DNA of 64,000 bases from an uncultured Acidobacteriota bacterium. Lineage in GTDB: Bacteria > Acidobacteriota > Vicinamibacteria > Fen-336. A model generated the notes under the pieces. That model searched no databases. It saw only the letters and a list, made by a program, of their open reading frames with translations, and had not been told where the DNA came from. This document shows, in pieces, positions 8,888-19,449 of this stretch (the first letter of the stretch is position 1; every line of letters starts with the position of its first letter). The position numbers and the translations under genes are program-made. The DNA lies in NCBI GenBank assembly GCA_963720545.1, contig OY970399.1, forward strand, positions 576,001 to 640,000, read 5' to 3'.

Positions 8888-9501
8888 CGGCCCCTTCCCG
8901 GACGCGGCGCCTGCGGCGGCGGGGTTGCCTGCGCAGCCGCAGGAGCTGCCGCAGTGGCGTCGGCACGATACTCGACCGCGTAGGTGAAGGTCTTTTCGTC
9001 TTCCGTCTGGCCGAAGTCGATCGGCGTCGGCGTGACGAAGAAGGGCTGCGCCTCGAGGTTGCGGCCGAACTTCTCGACGTCGTCGAGGTTGTGGGCGGCG
9101 CCGCTCAGCGTCAGGAGCACCCGGCCGCCCTTCAGCTCGGGGGAGATCGAAGCCAGGCGCGCGCCGCCGGGCAGCGCCGCTTCGAGCCGCGCGAGCAGCA
9201 TGGGCCAGTCGAACACACGCCGATCGACGATGTTCTTGAGGCTGCTCCAGCGCGCGCCGGTGGCGGAGTCGAGCGCTTCCGCGGGCGCCGCTGCCAGCTG
9301 CGCGCGCAGTTGCGATGCCTCGTTGTCGAGGCGCGCGAATTCCTGCACCGACGCCGAGGTGCTCTGCGGCATGACGCGCAGCAGCGAGGCAACGTGCAGG
9401 AGCGTCAGCCCCATGAGGAAGAGCGCCAGCAGCGCGACCAGCACGCCGGGAATGCGCTGGTTGCGAAACGGCGCAGCCGCGAGGTTGACGGAGAGCTTCA
9501 C
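8884..9501 (-). CDS. pilN: PilN-like protein
   Basis: GTG 9501; N-terminal VNLAAAPFRN (INL-type motif), TM, coiled coil, and WPMLLARLEAALP..LASI domain. Confidence 0.82.
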   Translation of the reverse strand: MKLSVNLAAAPFRNQRIPGVLVALLALFLMGLTLLHVASLLRVMPQSTSASVQEFARLDNEASQLRAQLAAAPAEALDSATGARWSSLKNIVDRRVFDWPMLLARLEAALPGGARLASISPELKGGRVLLTLSGAAHNLDDVEKFGRNLEAQPFFVTPTPIDFGQTEDEKTFTYAVEYRADATAAAPAAAQATPPPQAPRPGRGR

Positions 9502-10465
9502 CGCGCGACGCTCCGCGAAACCACCAGTGCCGTGGCGGCCGCGAGCTCGGTCGTCGGCAGGTTGCGATCGCCGAACGGCCACGGGTCGAGCGGGCGCGCC
9601 GCGACACCGAGCACTTCGGTGAGGGCGTCGAGCGGCACCTGGGGCGCGATGAGGCGCACCCATGCGGCGCTCAGTCCCCACCCCTCGAGGCGCTCGCGGT
9701 AGTAAATGAGCGTGCTGCCGATTTCGCGGAACAGAGCCTGGGCGTCGGCGACCGCCGTGGCGTCGAGCGTGCGGACCAGCAGCGGACGCCCGGCGCGGAA
9801 GATGCTGAGCGACACCCAGCCGACGTCGCCGTTCAGCACCAGCACGTCACTGTTGGCGATGCCGCGGTCGAACACCCAGTCGGCGAGCGTGAGGCTCGAG
9901 ATCTCGACCCGGCCGGGGTTGAGGCCGACCGATTCGCAGGCTTCCTCGTAGCCGCGGATCACCGACTCGAGCACCACGACCGCCAGCACGCCGTCGGCCA
10001 GCGAGCCCATCGGCGAAAACGAGACGCGCGCCTCGCGGATGTCGAAAGGCACCGCCTTCTTGAGCCGGAACCGCACCAGCTCGCCCAGCCCCGACTCCCC
10101 CGCCGCCGCCAGTTCGACGCCCGACACGATGGCGATGCGCGCCACCGGGTCGGGCAGCACGATGCCGACGCGCCCGCGGTCGGCCGAGCCGACCTTTTCG
10201 AGCAGCCGCTGCAGCGTCTCCACCAGCTGCTTGCGGTCGAGCACGTTGGGCTCGCTCATCGACAGGCGCAGCACGCCGCGGTCGAGCTCGGCGATGCCGG
10301 CGGCGCCGAAGCGCGCCTCGGCGCCGAAGCGGCCGACGCGCAGGGCGCGCAGCGTGCGCACGCCGAACTCGAGCGCGAGGCCCGGCGGCTCGGGTGCCGT
10401 CAGCCAGTTGAGGAAGCCGCCGCGCCTCTTCTCCTCGACGATCGGGGTGGTCGGCTGCGTGCCCA

Positions 10466-10466
<1 letters not shown>
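9498..10466 (-). CDS. pilM: PilM/GspL-like actin-fold protein
   Basis: ATG 10466; ALEFG.. start of the actin-like fold, RFRLKKAVPFD, YEEAC..GLNP; located between pilB and pilN. Confidence 0.75.
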
Positions 10467-12089
<1,623 letters not shown>

Positions 12090-12091
12090 CG

Positions 12092-13306
12092 CTAGTGGCT
12101 CACCGAGCCCTGCAGGTTGGAGATCGCCTGGAACATCGGCAGGTAGACGGAGAGGATGATCGAACCGACGCCGACCGCGAGCAGCACCAGCACCACCGGC
12201 TCCACGAGCGCCAGCACCCGCGCGATCATGGTGTCGAGCTCTTCGTCGTAGAAGTCGGCGACCGCCAGCAGCATGTCGGAGAGGGCGCCCGTCTGCTCGC
12301 CGACCTTCACCATCTCGAGCGTCATGTTCTCGAACATACCGGTCGATTCGAGCGCCTGGGTGAGGCTCCTGCCCTCGCGCACCTGCGGTGTGGCCGCGAT
12401 CACCGCGGCGGAGATCGCCCGGTTACCCACGGCGCCGGCCGCCACCTCCAGCGCGGTGACGAGCGGCAGGCCGCCGGAGAGGAGGGTCGCGAGCGTGCGG
12501 CTCAGCTGGCTCGACGCGTACATCTGCATCATGCGGCCGAGAAACGGGGTGCGCAGCAGCGCGCGGTCCACCTTCGCCACCGAGCCCGGCTGCCGCAGCC
12601 AGTACCAGACGGCGACGAACACCACCACCAGCACCGCCAGCACCCAGAAGATGCGCGCGCCGAGGAATGCGGCGACCCCGAGGATGGCGCGCGAGAACGC
12701 CGGCAGCTCGACGTTGAGGCCGGTGTAGAACTCCTGGAACTTCGGCAGCACGCGCAGCACCAGGTAACTGCCGAGCACGATCATGAGGGTGATGACGGCG
12801 ATCGGGTAGACGGCCGCGGACACGGCCTTCTTGCGCAGGCTCTGCGTGACCCGCGTGTACTGGACGTAGCGGCGCAGCACTGTTTCGAGGCTGCCCGAGC
12901 GCTCGCCCGCGACCAGGCTCGCCGAGAAAACCGGCGGATAGAGAGCGCCTTCGGCGGCGAACGCATCCGACAGGGACGCGCCCGAGCGCACACGGTCGCG
13001 CACGGCGGCGAGCGAACGGCGGAAGACCGGATCCTTCTGGCGTTCGAGGATGACGTCGAGCGACTGGTAGAGCGGCAGGCCGGCCTTGAGGAGTGCCGCG
13101 ATCTGCTGGCTGAAGATCAGGAGCGTGTCGGTCTTGACCCGCTTGCGGGTCAGCTCGAACGAGCCGAACGCCATGCCCTTGCGTACGCCGAGAAGATAGA
13201 GGCCCTGTCCTTCGAGTTCCGAGCGCAGCGCGCCTTCGTCAGCGGCGGAGAAGGTTCGCTCCACCACCTCGCCTGTAGGCATGCCGATCTTGCAGACGAA
13301 CTCCAT
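12092..13306 (-). CDS. pilC: PilC/GspF inner-membrane platform protein
   Basis: Two T2SSF repeats (LLKAGLPL, GERSGSLE, GEQTGAL, LVEP, YLPMF); ATG 13306 with an upstream GAGG. Confidence 0.95.
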   Translation of the reverse strand: MEFVCKIGMPTGEVVERTFSAADEGALRSELEGQGLYLLGVRKGMAFGSFELTRKRVKTDTLLIFSQQIAALLKAGLPLYQSLDVILERQKDPVFRRSLAAVRDRVRSGASLSDAFAAEGALYPPVFSASLVAGERSGSLETVLRRYVQYTRVTQSLRKKAVSAAVYPIAVITLMIVLGSYLVLRVLPKFQEFYTGLNVELPAFSRAILGVAAFLGARIFWVLAVLVVVFVAVWYWLRQPGSVAKVDRALLRTPFLGRMMQMYASSQLSRTLATLLSGGLPLVTALEVAAGAVGNRAISAAVIAATPQVREGRSLTQALESTGMFENMTLEMVKVGEQTGALSDMLLAVADFYDEELDTMIARVLALVEPVVLVLLAVGVGSIILSVYLPMFQAISNLQGSVSH

Positions 13307-13397
13307 GGCCTCGCTTCTGTTTATGCGCCGACGTCTGTTTAGACGCACGACCGCGCCCGGAGATCATAACATCGCTAAGGGCCGACGGCTAAACAAC

Positions 13398-14081
13398 TTA
13401 AACAGGGTCGATGAACTTGTAGCCGGAGCCGTGGATGGTGAGGATATAGCGCGGTTCGCTGCCGCTGTCGCCGATCTTGGCGCGCAGCTTGGCGATGTGG
13501 GTGTCGACCGTGCGGGTGGACGGATAGTTCTCGTAGCCCCAGACGTCCTCGAGCAGCTGTTCGCGCGAAACGGTGTCGCCCTTGCGCTCGATGAGATACC
13601 GCAGCAGCTCGAATTCGCGCGGCGAAAGGTCGAGGAGCTCGCTGCCGCGCTTCGCCTTGTAGCCCTCGAAATCGATCTCGATGTCGGCGAAGCGGTAGCT
13701 GGCGAGCCGCTTGCGGTTCTCGGTGCGGCGCAGCACGGCGCGTACCCGCGCCAGCAGCTCCCGGATCGAGAACGGCTTGGTGACGTAGTCGTCGGCGCCG
13801 AGCTCCAGCCCGACGACCTTGTCCACCTCCTGGCCGCGCGCGGTGAGCATCAGGATGGGGGCCTCGAAACCCTCTCCCCTCAACGTCTTGCAGACTTCCA
13901 GGCCGGACAGCTTGGGCAGCATGATGTCGAGGATCAGCAGGTCCGGCTTCTGGCTGCGCGCCTTCTCGATGCCTTCCGCACCATCGACGGCCGTGACCAC
14001 TTCGTAGCCTTCGAACTCGAAGTTGTCCCGCAGTCCCAGGATCATGTCCGGCTCGTCTTCGACGATAAGAATCTTGGTCAC
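13398..14081 (-). CDS. OmpR/PhoB-family response regulator
   Basis: KILIVEDE, LLILDIMLP, GADDYVTKPFS and RTVDTHIAKLRAK; GTGA overlap with the kinase stop. Confidence 0.95.
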   Translation of the reverse strand: MTKILIVEDEPDMILGLRDNFEFEGYEVVTAVDGAEGIEKARSQKPDLLILDIMLPKLSGLEVCKTLRGEGFEAPILMLTARGQEVDKVVGLELGADDYVTKPFSIRELLARVRAVLRRTENRKRLASYRFADIEIDFEGYKAKRGSELLDLSPREFELLRYLIERKGDTVSREQLLEDVWGYENYPSTRTVDTHIAKLRAKIGDSGSEPRYILTIHGSGYKFIDPV

Positions 14082-15682
14082 GCTTTCTCCTCGACGCTTG
14101 CCATCGGGCCGGCCGATGGGTGTGTGGGCTCGCCGACCGGATCGTCGGCGCGCCTTACGGGTAATACCAGCGTGAACGTGCTCCCCTTGCCGGGGGTGCT
14201 GTCCACTTCGACGCTGCCGCCATGAGCATCCATGATATGGCGAACGAGGGAAAGGCCGAGGCCGCTGCCCTTGGTTTCGTGGATCAGGCTCGACTCGACC
14301 CGGTAGAACTTCTCGAAGATCTTCTTCTGCTCGCCGCGCGGGATGCCGATGCCGCGGTCGGCCACGGCGATCTCGATGCGCTCGCCGCTGCGGCGCGCGG
14401 TGATCTCGATCTGCTTGTCGTCGCCGCTGTACTTGATGGCGTTGTTGATCAGGTTGATGAGCGCCTGCGCCAGGGCGTCGGGGTCGACCTCGGTCTCGGG
14501 CAACGGCTCGAGCGCCACCGCCAGGCGGAAGCCCTGCTGCTCGATCGGGAAGCGGTACGACTCGACCACGTCCTCGATTACCCGGGCGGGATCGCCGGTG
14601 ACGAAGCTGTATTCCTTGCGGCCCGCCTCGATGCGCGAAAAGTCGAGGATGTTGTTGATCAGCTGGGTGAGGCGCTGGCTCTCCTTGTTGATGATCCGGT
14701 AGTACTCGTGCGCCTTGCCGTCCTTCGTCACGCGGCCCATCTCGAGGGTCTCGGCGAACAGGCGGATGAGCGCCAGCGGCGTCTTCAGCTCGTGCGAGAC
14801 GTTCGCGACGAAGTCGCTCTTGAGGCGCGAGAGCACCAGCTCGCGCTTCACGTTGTTGTAGGCGATCCACAGTGCCGTGCCGAGCAGGATGTCGAGGAAC
14901 AGGATGAGAGCCGTCTGGCCGAGCGCCCAGCGCCGCACCTGGATGGCGATCGGCCCCTGGCGGTCGCGCAGCTCGAGCACGATGCCGCGGAAGGACGGCA
15001 CGGTCAGCGTGCGGCGCACGTCCCACTCGTCGCTGCTGGACGGCGCGTTTTCGTAGAGCACCTCGTCGCCGCCCACCTCGCGCGCGCGCAGTATCCAGTG
15101 GCCCTCGGCGGTGGGCGCCTCGCGTTCGAAGTACTTGTGCAGCAGCGTGCCGTGGGCATAGTCGTGCGAGAAGCGGAAGCGCAGCATGCCGCTGAACAGG
15201 CCGGTCGGCAGCATGATCGAGTCCTCGATCTCGCTGCGCGGCCCGGCGGCCACCGCCATCGCCTCGCTCAGGAACTCGTCCACCTGCACCGGCGTGCCCG
15301 ACCAGCGTTCGTTCGGCGGGCGCTTGGATGCGGCCTCGATGCGGATGCTCTCGAAGGTGTCGGGATCCCAGCCGGCGGCGCCGAGCGCCTGGCGGATGAC
15401 GTGCGCATCGGCATCGAGCAGCGCCTCGACGCCGATCGCTTTCGCTGCCGCCACCGCCTTGTCCTGGGCCAGTTGCTCGAGGTCGCGCTCGTGGTACTGC
15501 AGGATCTTCTCCGCCTCGCGCAGCCGCGCCGCCTTCTGCGCCTCGGCCTGCTTCGGCACCGAGTTGAGCGTCACGAACGAGAGCGCCGCGGACGGGATGA
15601 AGACCGCGAGCGCCAGAAGGACCAGCAGGCGGCGCTTGTGGCGGTCGCTTCCGCGGCCCGGGTCGGTGATTCGGCCGGTCAT
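14078..15682 (-). CDS. Membrane sensor histidine kinase
   Basis: Two TMs flanking a periplasmic domain; H-box VSHELKTPL, N-box NAIKYS, G-boxes DRGIGI and GSGLGL. Confidence 0.95.
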   Translation of the reverse strand: MTGRITDPGRGSDRHKRRLLVLLALAVFIPSAALSFVTLNSVPKQAEAQKAARLREAEKILQYHERDLEQLAQDKAVAAAKAIGVEALLDADAHVIRQALGAAGWDPDTFESIRIEAASKRPPNERWSGTPVQVDEFLSEAMAVAAGPRSEIEDSIMLPTGLFSGMLRFRFSHDYAHGTLLHKYFEREAPTAEGHWILRAREVGGDEVLYENAPSSSDEWDVRRTLTVPSFRGIVLELRDRQGPIAIQVRRWALGQTALILFLDILLGTALWIAYNNVKRELVLSRLKSDFVANVSHELKTPLALIRLFAETLEMGRVTKDGKAHEYYRIINKESQRLTQLINNILDFSRIEAGRKEYSFVTGDPARVIEDVVESYRFPIEQQGFRLAVALEPLPETEVDPDALAQALINLINNAIKYSGDDKQIEITARRSGERIEIAVADRGIGIPRGEQKKIFEKFYRVESSLIHETKGSGLGLSLVRHIMDAHGGSVEVDSTPGKGSTFTLVLPVRRADDPVGEPTHPSAGPMASVEEKA

Positions 15683-15718
15683 GTCCTGCCGGTCAGAGTA
15701 ACACCGTTGACGGCGGCG

Positions 15719-17497
15719 CTAGACCCGGTAGCGGTAGAACACGGCGGTGACGATCTCGCGGGTGAGGAGCGCCGCCTGCGCGGCCACGATGGCGCAGACG
15801 GACAGGCGCGCGGCGGTCGTCTCGAGGGACCAGAACCGCAGGAAGCCGTCGGCGGCCAGCAGGCCGACAATCGGCGCAAGCGCCGGCAGGTAGCGCACCT
15901 CGAGCGGCGACACCAGCGCCGGCAACAGCAGGGCCAGTGCGCCCAGGGCGTAACCGCGCACGGCCGGGGGCATTCGGCGCCACGAGCCGCCGGCGAGGCC
16001 AAGCACCGCGAGGGCGACGATCGGCAACCCGAGGCCGCCGGCGACGCCGTGGGACTGGCGGACGAGCGCGCCGAGAAAGCCCGAGACCTCGGCCGTCCCC
16101 TGGCCGCCGCCTTCGAGGAGCCGCGGCGCCTGCGCCGCGATCATGCCGAAGAAGTGCGCGTAGTAGAACGCCGCAACCAGAAAGCCGGCGGCGGTGCCAA
16201 GGAGGCGGGCGCCGCGTGCGTTCGCACGATCGGCGACCGTCATGCCGATGACGACCGCCACCAGCACGATGAGGCTCGACAGGTGCGCGGTGGCCGCGAC
16301 CGCAACCAGCAGCGCGCCAACGGCCGCGTGCGGCTTCGCCGCGAGCCACCAGGCGAGCAACATCGCCGTGACTGCCTGGCCGAAAATGTTCGAGAGGTTG
16401 CCGAACGAGTAGAGCGATACGGTCAGCGGGAGGAGCTGCACTGCCGCAACACCCAGCACGCCCGCGATGCCGAGCGTCCGCCCGAACGCACGGATCAGCA
16501 CAGCGGCCCCAAGCAGCGAGGCGAGTGCCGCTCCCCACCGCACGAGCGCCACCCGCTCGACGCCAGGGCCGTCGAACGGCAGCAGCGCCGCGTAGAAGGA
16601 GACGCCGTAGGGGAAGCGAAACGGCTGCGCGTGCTGCGTTTCGCTCGTCGGGAACCACTCGCCGCGCCCCAATCGTTCGAGCTTGTTGGCGTGGAACAAG
16701 GCGTCGCTCACCACCATGCTCGGGTGCATCGCCGCGACCACATGCACGGTCGCGGCGAGCGCCATGGCCGCAAACGCGCCGCGCGCGATCGCCGTTCCCT
16801 GGCTGCGCATCCAGATGGCGATGAGGGCGGCGAGCGCAGCGCCGGCGGCGATCTCGGCGCACGCGGTCCAGGCGTAGGCGGAGCGGACCAGCCCGTCGCT
16901 CCAGACGGCGGCGGCCTCGACAGCGATGCCGCCCACGGCCCACATCGCGGCTGCCGGTGGTGAGAACCCGCCGGCGAGCGCGGCCGCGAGCACGCTCAAC
17001 GCCGCGACCAGGAACACCAGCAGCACCTCGAAGGGCAGCGCGCCGCGAGCGGCGAAACCGAGCTTCACGCGATCGACCAGCACGCCGCGTGTGCGGTCTT
17101 CGGTGCGCAGCACCGACGGGCGCAGCGTGATCGCGAGGCGTCCCGGCACCGCCGGTGCCGCGATCTCGAAGCGGCCGACGAACCGTCCGGCCGGGATCTC
17201 GCCGAGCGGCGCGCCGTCGGCCAGCACCGCGACCGCTCCCTGGTGGCCGCGAATTCGCACTTCGAGAGAGTACGGCGCAGCGGGCAGGTTGCGGAACCGG
17301 AACGATGCCTCCGCGCGCGACCAGCGCATCGGATCCTTGCCGGGAACGAGCTCGCGCGGGTTGAGGCCGGTGGCGAACGCGTCTTCGCTGCCGTGGCCCG
17401 GCTCGGCGCTCGGCAGGCCGCTGTACGCGTGCACCAGCCACGCAGCGAGCGCCGCCGCAGCGAGCGCGGCCGCCGCGGCCGCGAGGCCCCGTTGCAT
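15719..17497 (-). CDS. Polytopic membrane protein, possible GT-C fold glycosyltransferase with an N-terminal periplasmic beta domain (start uncertain)
   Basis: More than 10 TM segments; SDALFH loop after a TM, FPYG and EVRY motifs resembling GT-C enzymes. Confidence 0.55.
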   Translation of the reverse strand: MQRGLAAAAAALAAAALAAWLVHAYSGLPSAEPGHGSEDAFATGLNPRELVPGKDPMRWSRAEASFRFRNLPAAPYSLEVRIRGHQGAVAVLADGAPLGEIPAGRFVGRFEIAAPAVPGRLAITLRPSVLRTEDRTRGVLVDRVKLGFAARGALPFEVLLVFLVAALSVLAAALAGGFSPPAAAMWAVGGIAVEAAAVWSDGLVRSAYAWTACAEIAAGAALAALIAIWMRSQGTAIARGAFAAMALAATVHVVAAMHPSMVVSDALFHANKLERLGRGEWFPTSETQHAQPFRFPYGVSFYAALLPFDGPGVERVALVRWGAALASLLGAAVLIRAFGRTLGIAGVLGVAAVQLLPLTVSLYSFGNLSNIFGQAVTAMLLAWWLAAKPHAAVGALLVAVAATAHLSSLIVLVAVVIGMTVADRANARGARLLGTAAGFLVAAFYYAHFFGMIAAQAPRLLEGGGQGTAEVSGFLGALVRQSHGVAGGLGLPIVALAVLGLAGGSWRRMPPAVRGYALGALALLLPALVSPLEVRYLPALAPIVGLLAADGFLRFWSLETTAARLSVCAIVAAQAALLTREIVTAVFYRYRV

Positions 17498-17534
17498 GTG
17501 CGTCACGGCCGAGGAGTCTATCCTTAGTGCTCCC

Positions 17535-18008
17535 ATGGCCACGCCGCAGAAAGAAGGCGAACAGCCGATCGCCTCGAACCGCAAGGCGTTCTTCAACTAC
17601 GAGATTCTCGACCGGCTCGAGGCCGGCATCGTGCTGCGCGGCACCGAGGTCAAGTCGATCCGCAGCACCGGGCTCAACTTCGTCGACGCCTATGTGCTGC
17701 ACAAGAACGACGAGATGTTCCTGATCGGCGCGCGCATCAACCCCTACAGCCACGGCAACCTCGCGAACCACGACACCGAGCGCACCCGCAAGCTGCTGCT
17801 GAAGCGCCGCGAGATCCGCAAGATCGGCGGCAAGGCCGCGGAGCGCGGCCTCACCATCGTGCCGCTGCGCGCCTACTTCAAGAACGGCAAGGTCAAGGTG
17901 GAGATCGGCCTCGCGCGCGGCAAGAAGAGCCACGACAAGCGCGCCGCGATCAAGAAGCGCGACATCGACCGCGACACCGCCCAGGCAGTGCGCGAACGGC
18001 GACGCTAA
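17535..18008 (+). CDS. smpB: SsrA-binding protein SmpB
   Basis: IASNRKAFFNYEI, EAGIVLRGTEVKSIR, RTRKLLL and GKKSHDKR. Confidence 0.97.
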   Translation: MATPQKEGEQPIASNRKAFFNYEILDRLEAGIVLRGTEVKSIRSTGLNFVDAYVLHKNDEMFLIGARINPYSHGNLANHDTERTRKLLLKRREIRKIGGKAAERGLTIVPLRAYFKNGKVKVEIGLARGKKSHDKRAAIKKRDIDRDTAQAVRERRR

Positions 18009-18009
18009 A

Positions 18010-18416
18010 TCATCGACGGATTGGCTCTCCGTCCCCATCCAATCCGTCGATTTCCGTTCTTTCGTTCCCCAGGCGCTTGCGTCAGCGTTCGTTCCCGCCC
18101 GACGTCTCAGGGTTCCTTGCGCTGACCCGTTTTCCCGAGGAGCTCAACGCTTGCGCTGCGACCGAGGGATCCACTGTGTCCGGACACAGTGGCTTCACTG
18201 AGCCCGAACGTCCCGCGCGCTGGACCACTCGCCGGCCGCAGTAGCAGGAGATCGGGGACGGTGGGTCCTTCGGGCCAGCGCAAGGGGCCCTCGGGACTTC
18301 GAGAGGGCGGCGAGTGATTGGTCAAACGGACGCTGGCGCAAGCGCCTGGGGAACGAGATAACGGACCAACGGAAATCGACGGATTGGATGGGGACGGGGA
18401 GCCAATCCGTCGATGA
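18010..18416. repeat. 407-bp nested inverted-repeat element (candidate structured ncRNA or non-autonomous mobile element)
   Basis: 49-bp terminal inverted repeats 18010-18058/18368-18416 (1 mismatch), each with an internal 13-bp hairpin. Inner stems 18062-18093/18325-18356, 18109-18129/18271-18291 and 18150-18164/18233-18248. Central 22-bp perfect palindrome at 18171-18192. Confidence 0.9.
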
Positions 18417-18418
18417 CG

Positions 18419-19348
18419 TCAGGACTTCGTGGCGAGTTCGTGCGCCAGGCGGATCGCGGCCAGCATGCTGCCGTGGTCGGCGACGCCGCGAGAGACGATG
18501 TCGAAGCCGGTGCCGTGATCGACCGACGTGCGGATGAACGGCAGGCCGAGGGTCACGTTCACCGACTCGCCGAACGCCGCGAGCTTCACCGGGATCAAGC
18601 CCTGGTCGTGGTAGTTGGCGATGACGGCGTCGAACTCGCCGGCCTGGGCGCGCGCAAACACCGTGTCGGCCGGAAACGGACCGCTCACCTCCAGGCCCGC
18701 AGCGCGCAGCCGTGCCACCGCCGGAACGTGCCGTTCCAGCTCCTCCCTGCCGAACAGCCCGCCTTCGCCGGCGTGCGGGTTGAGCCCGCACAAGGCGATG
18801 CGCCGTTGCGGCGCGCCGAATTTCGGCAGCTCGCGGTGCAGCAGCCGTGCGAGCCGCTCGATCTCCGCGGCGGTGACGAGCGCCGGCACCGCAGCCAGCG
18901 GGGTGTGGATGGTCAGCAGCGCCACCCGCAGCCCGCCACCGACGAACATCATTGCGTAATCGCTGACGCCGGCCGCCTCGGCGAGCAACTCGGTGTGCCC
19001 CGGCCAGGGATAGCCGGCGGCCCGAAGCGATTCCTTGTTGAGGGGCGCCGTCGCGATCGCATCGAGGCGCCCGGCAAGCGCATCGCGCGCCGCGGCCAGC
19101 ACCGACTCGGCCGCGATCCGGCCGCCGGCCGCGCTTGCAACGCCTGGCGTAACCGAGGCACCGTCGACAGCAACGATGCGCACCGCTGCGGGCAGACGGA
19201 TCGCGAACTGTCGGCAGGCCGCGTCAACGAAGCTCGGCGGCGCGTAGAGGTGGTACTCGGCGTCCGGCAACTGCGGTGCGGCGAGCGCCTTCACCACCAC
19301 CTCGGGTCCGATCCCCGCGGGATCGCCGGCGGTGATGCCGATCCTCAA
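18419..19348 (-). CDS. pdxA: 4-hydroxythreonine-4-phosphate dehydrogenase PdxA
   Basis: ITAGDPAGIGPEV, TAPLNKE, PGHTE, GLNPHAGE, YHDQGLIPVK and RTSVDHGT; TTG start inferred. Confidence 0.95.
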   Translation of the reverse strand: MRIGITAGDPAGIGPEVVVKALAAPQLPDAEYHLYAPPSFVDAACRQFAIRLPAAVRIVAVDGASVTPGVASAAGGRIAAESVLAAARDALAGRLDAIATAPLNKESLRAAGYPWPGHTELLAEAAGVSDYAMMFVGGGLRVALLTIHTPLAAVPALVTAAEIERLARLLHRELPKFGAPQRRIALCGLNPHAGEGGLFGREELERHVPAVARLRAAGLEVSGPFPADTVFARAQAGEFDAVIANYHDQGLIPVKLAAFGESVNVTLGLPFIRTSVDHGTGFDIVSRGVADHGSMLAAIRLAHELATKS

Positions 19349-19449
19349 TCGTCTTCCCCGCCCGCCTCGTCCTGCTTTCTGGTCATGGTCAACCTGGCGC
19401 GATTTGTAGCACGCGCCGAAGCGACCGCACAAGGGAACGAGCGGCGCCG

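Noticed and set aside
13320..13349. TTTATGCGCC and GTGCGTCT words shared with the dnaK upstream region (33089-33113), with slight dif/XerC resemblance
   Set aside because: The relative orientation of the two words differs between the sites and no XerD arm is present; probably chance.
18107..18325. 72-aa ORF inside the fold-back element
   Set aside because: Weak start, no RBS, no recognisable motif; the sequence is explained by base-pairing constraints.
18009..18418. tmRNA (ssrA) expected next to smpB; also RNase P, SRP or hammerhead RNA
   Set aside because: No GGGG..TTCGA 5' end or T-arm/CCA 3' end, no GAGGAAAGTCC, no SRP GGAA loop motif and no CTGANGA/GAAA core on either strand.
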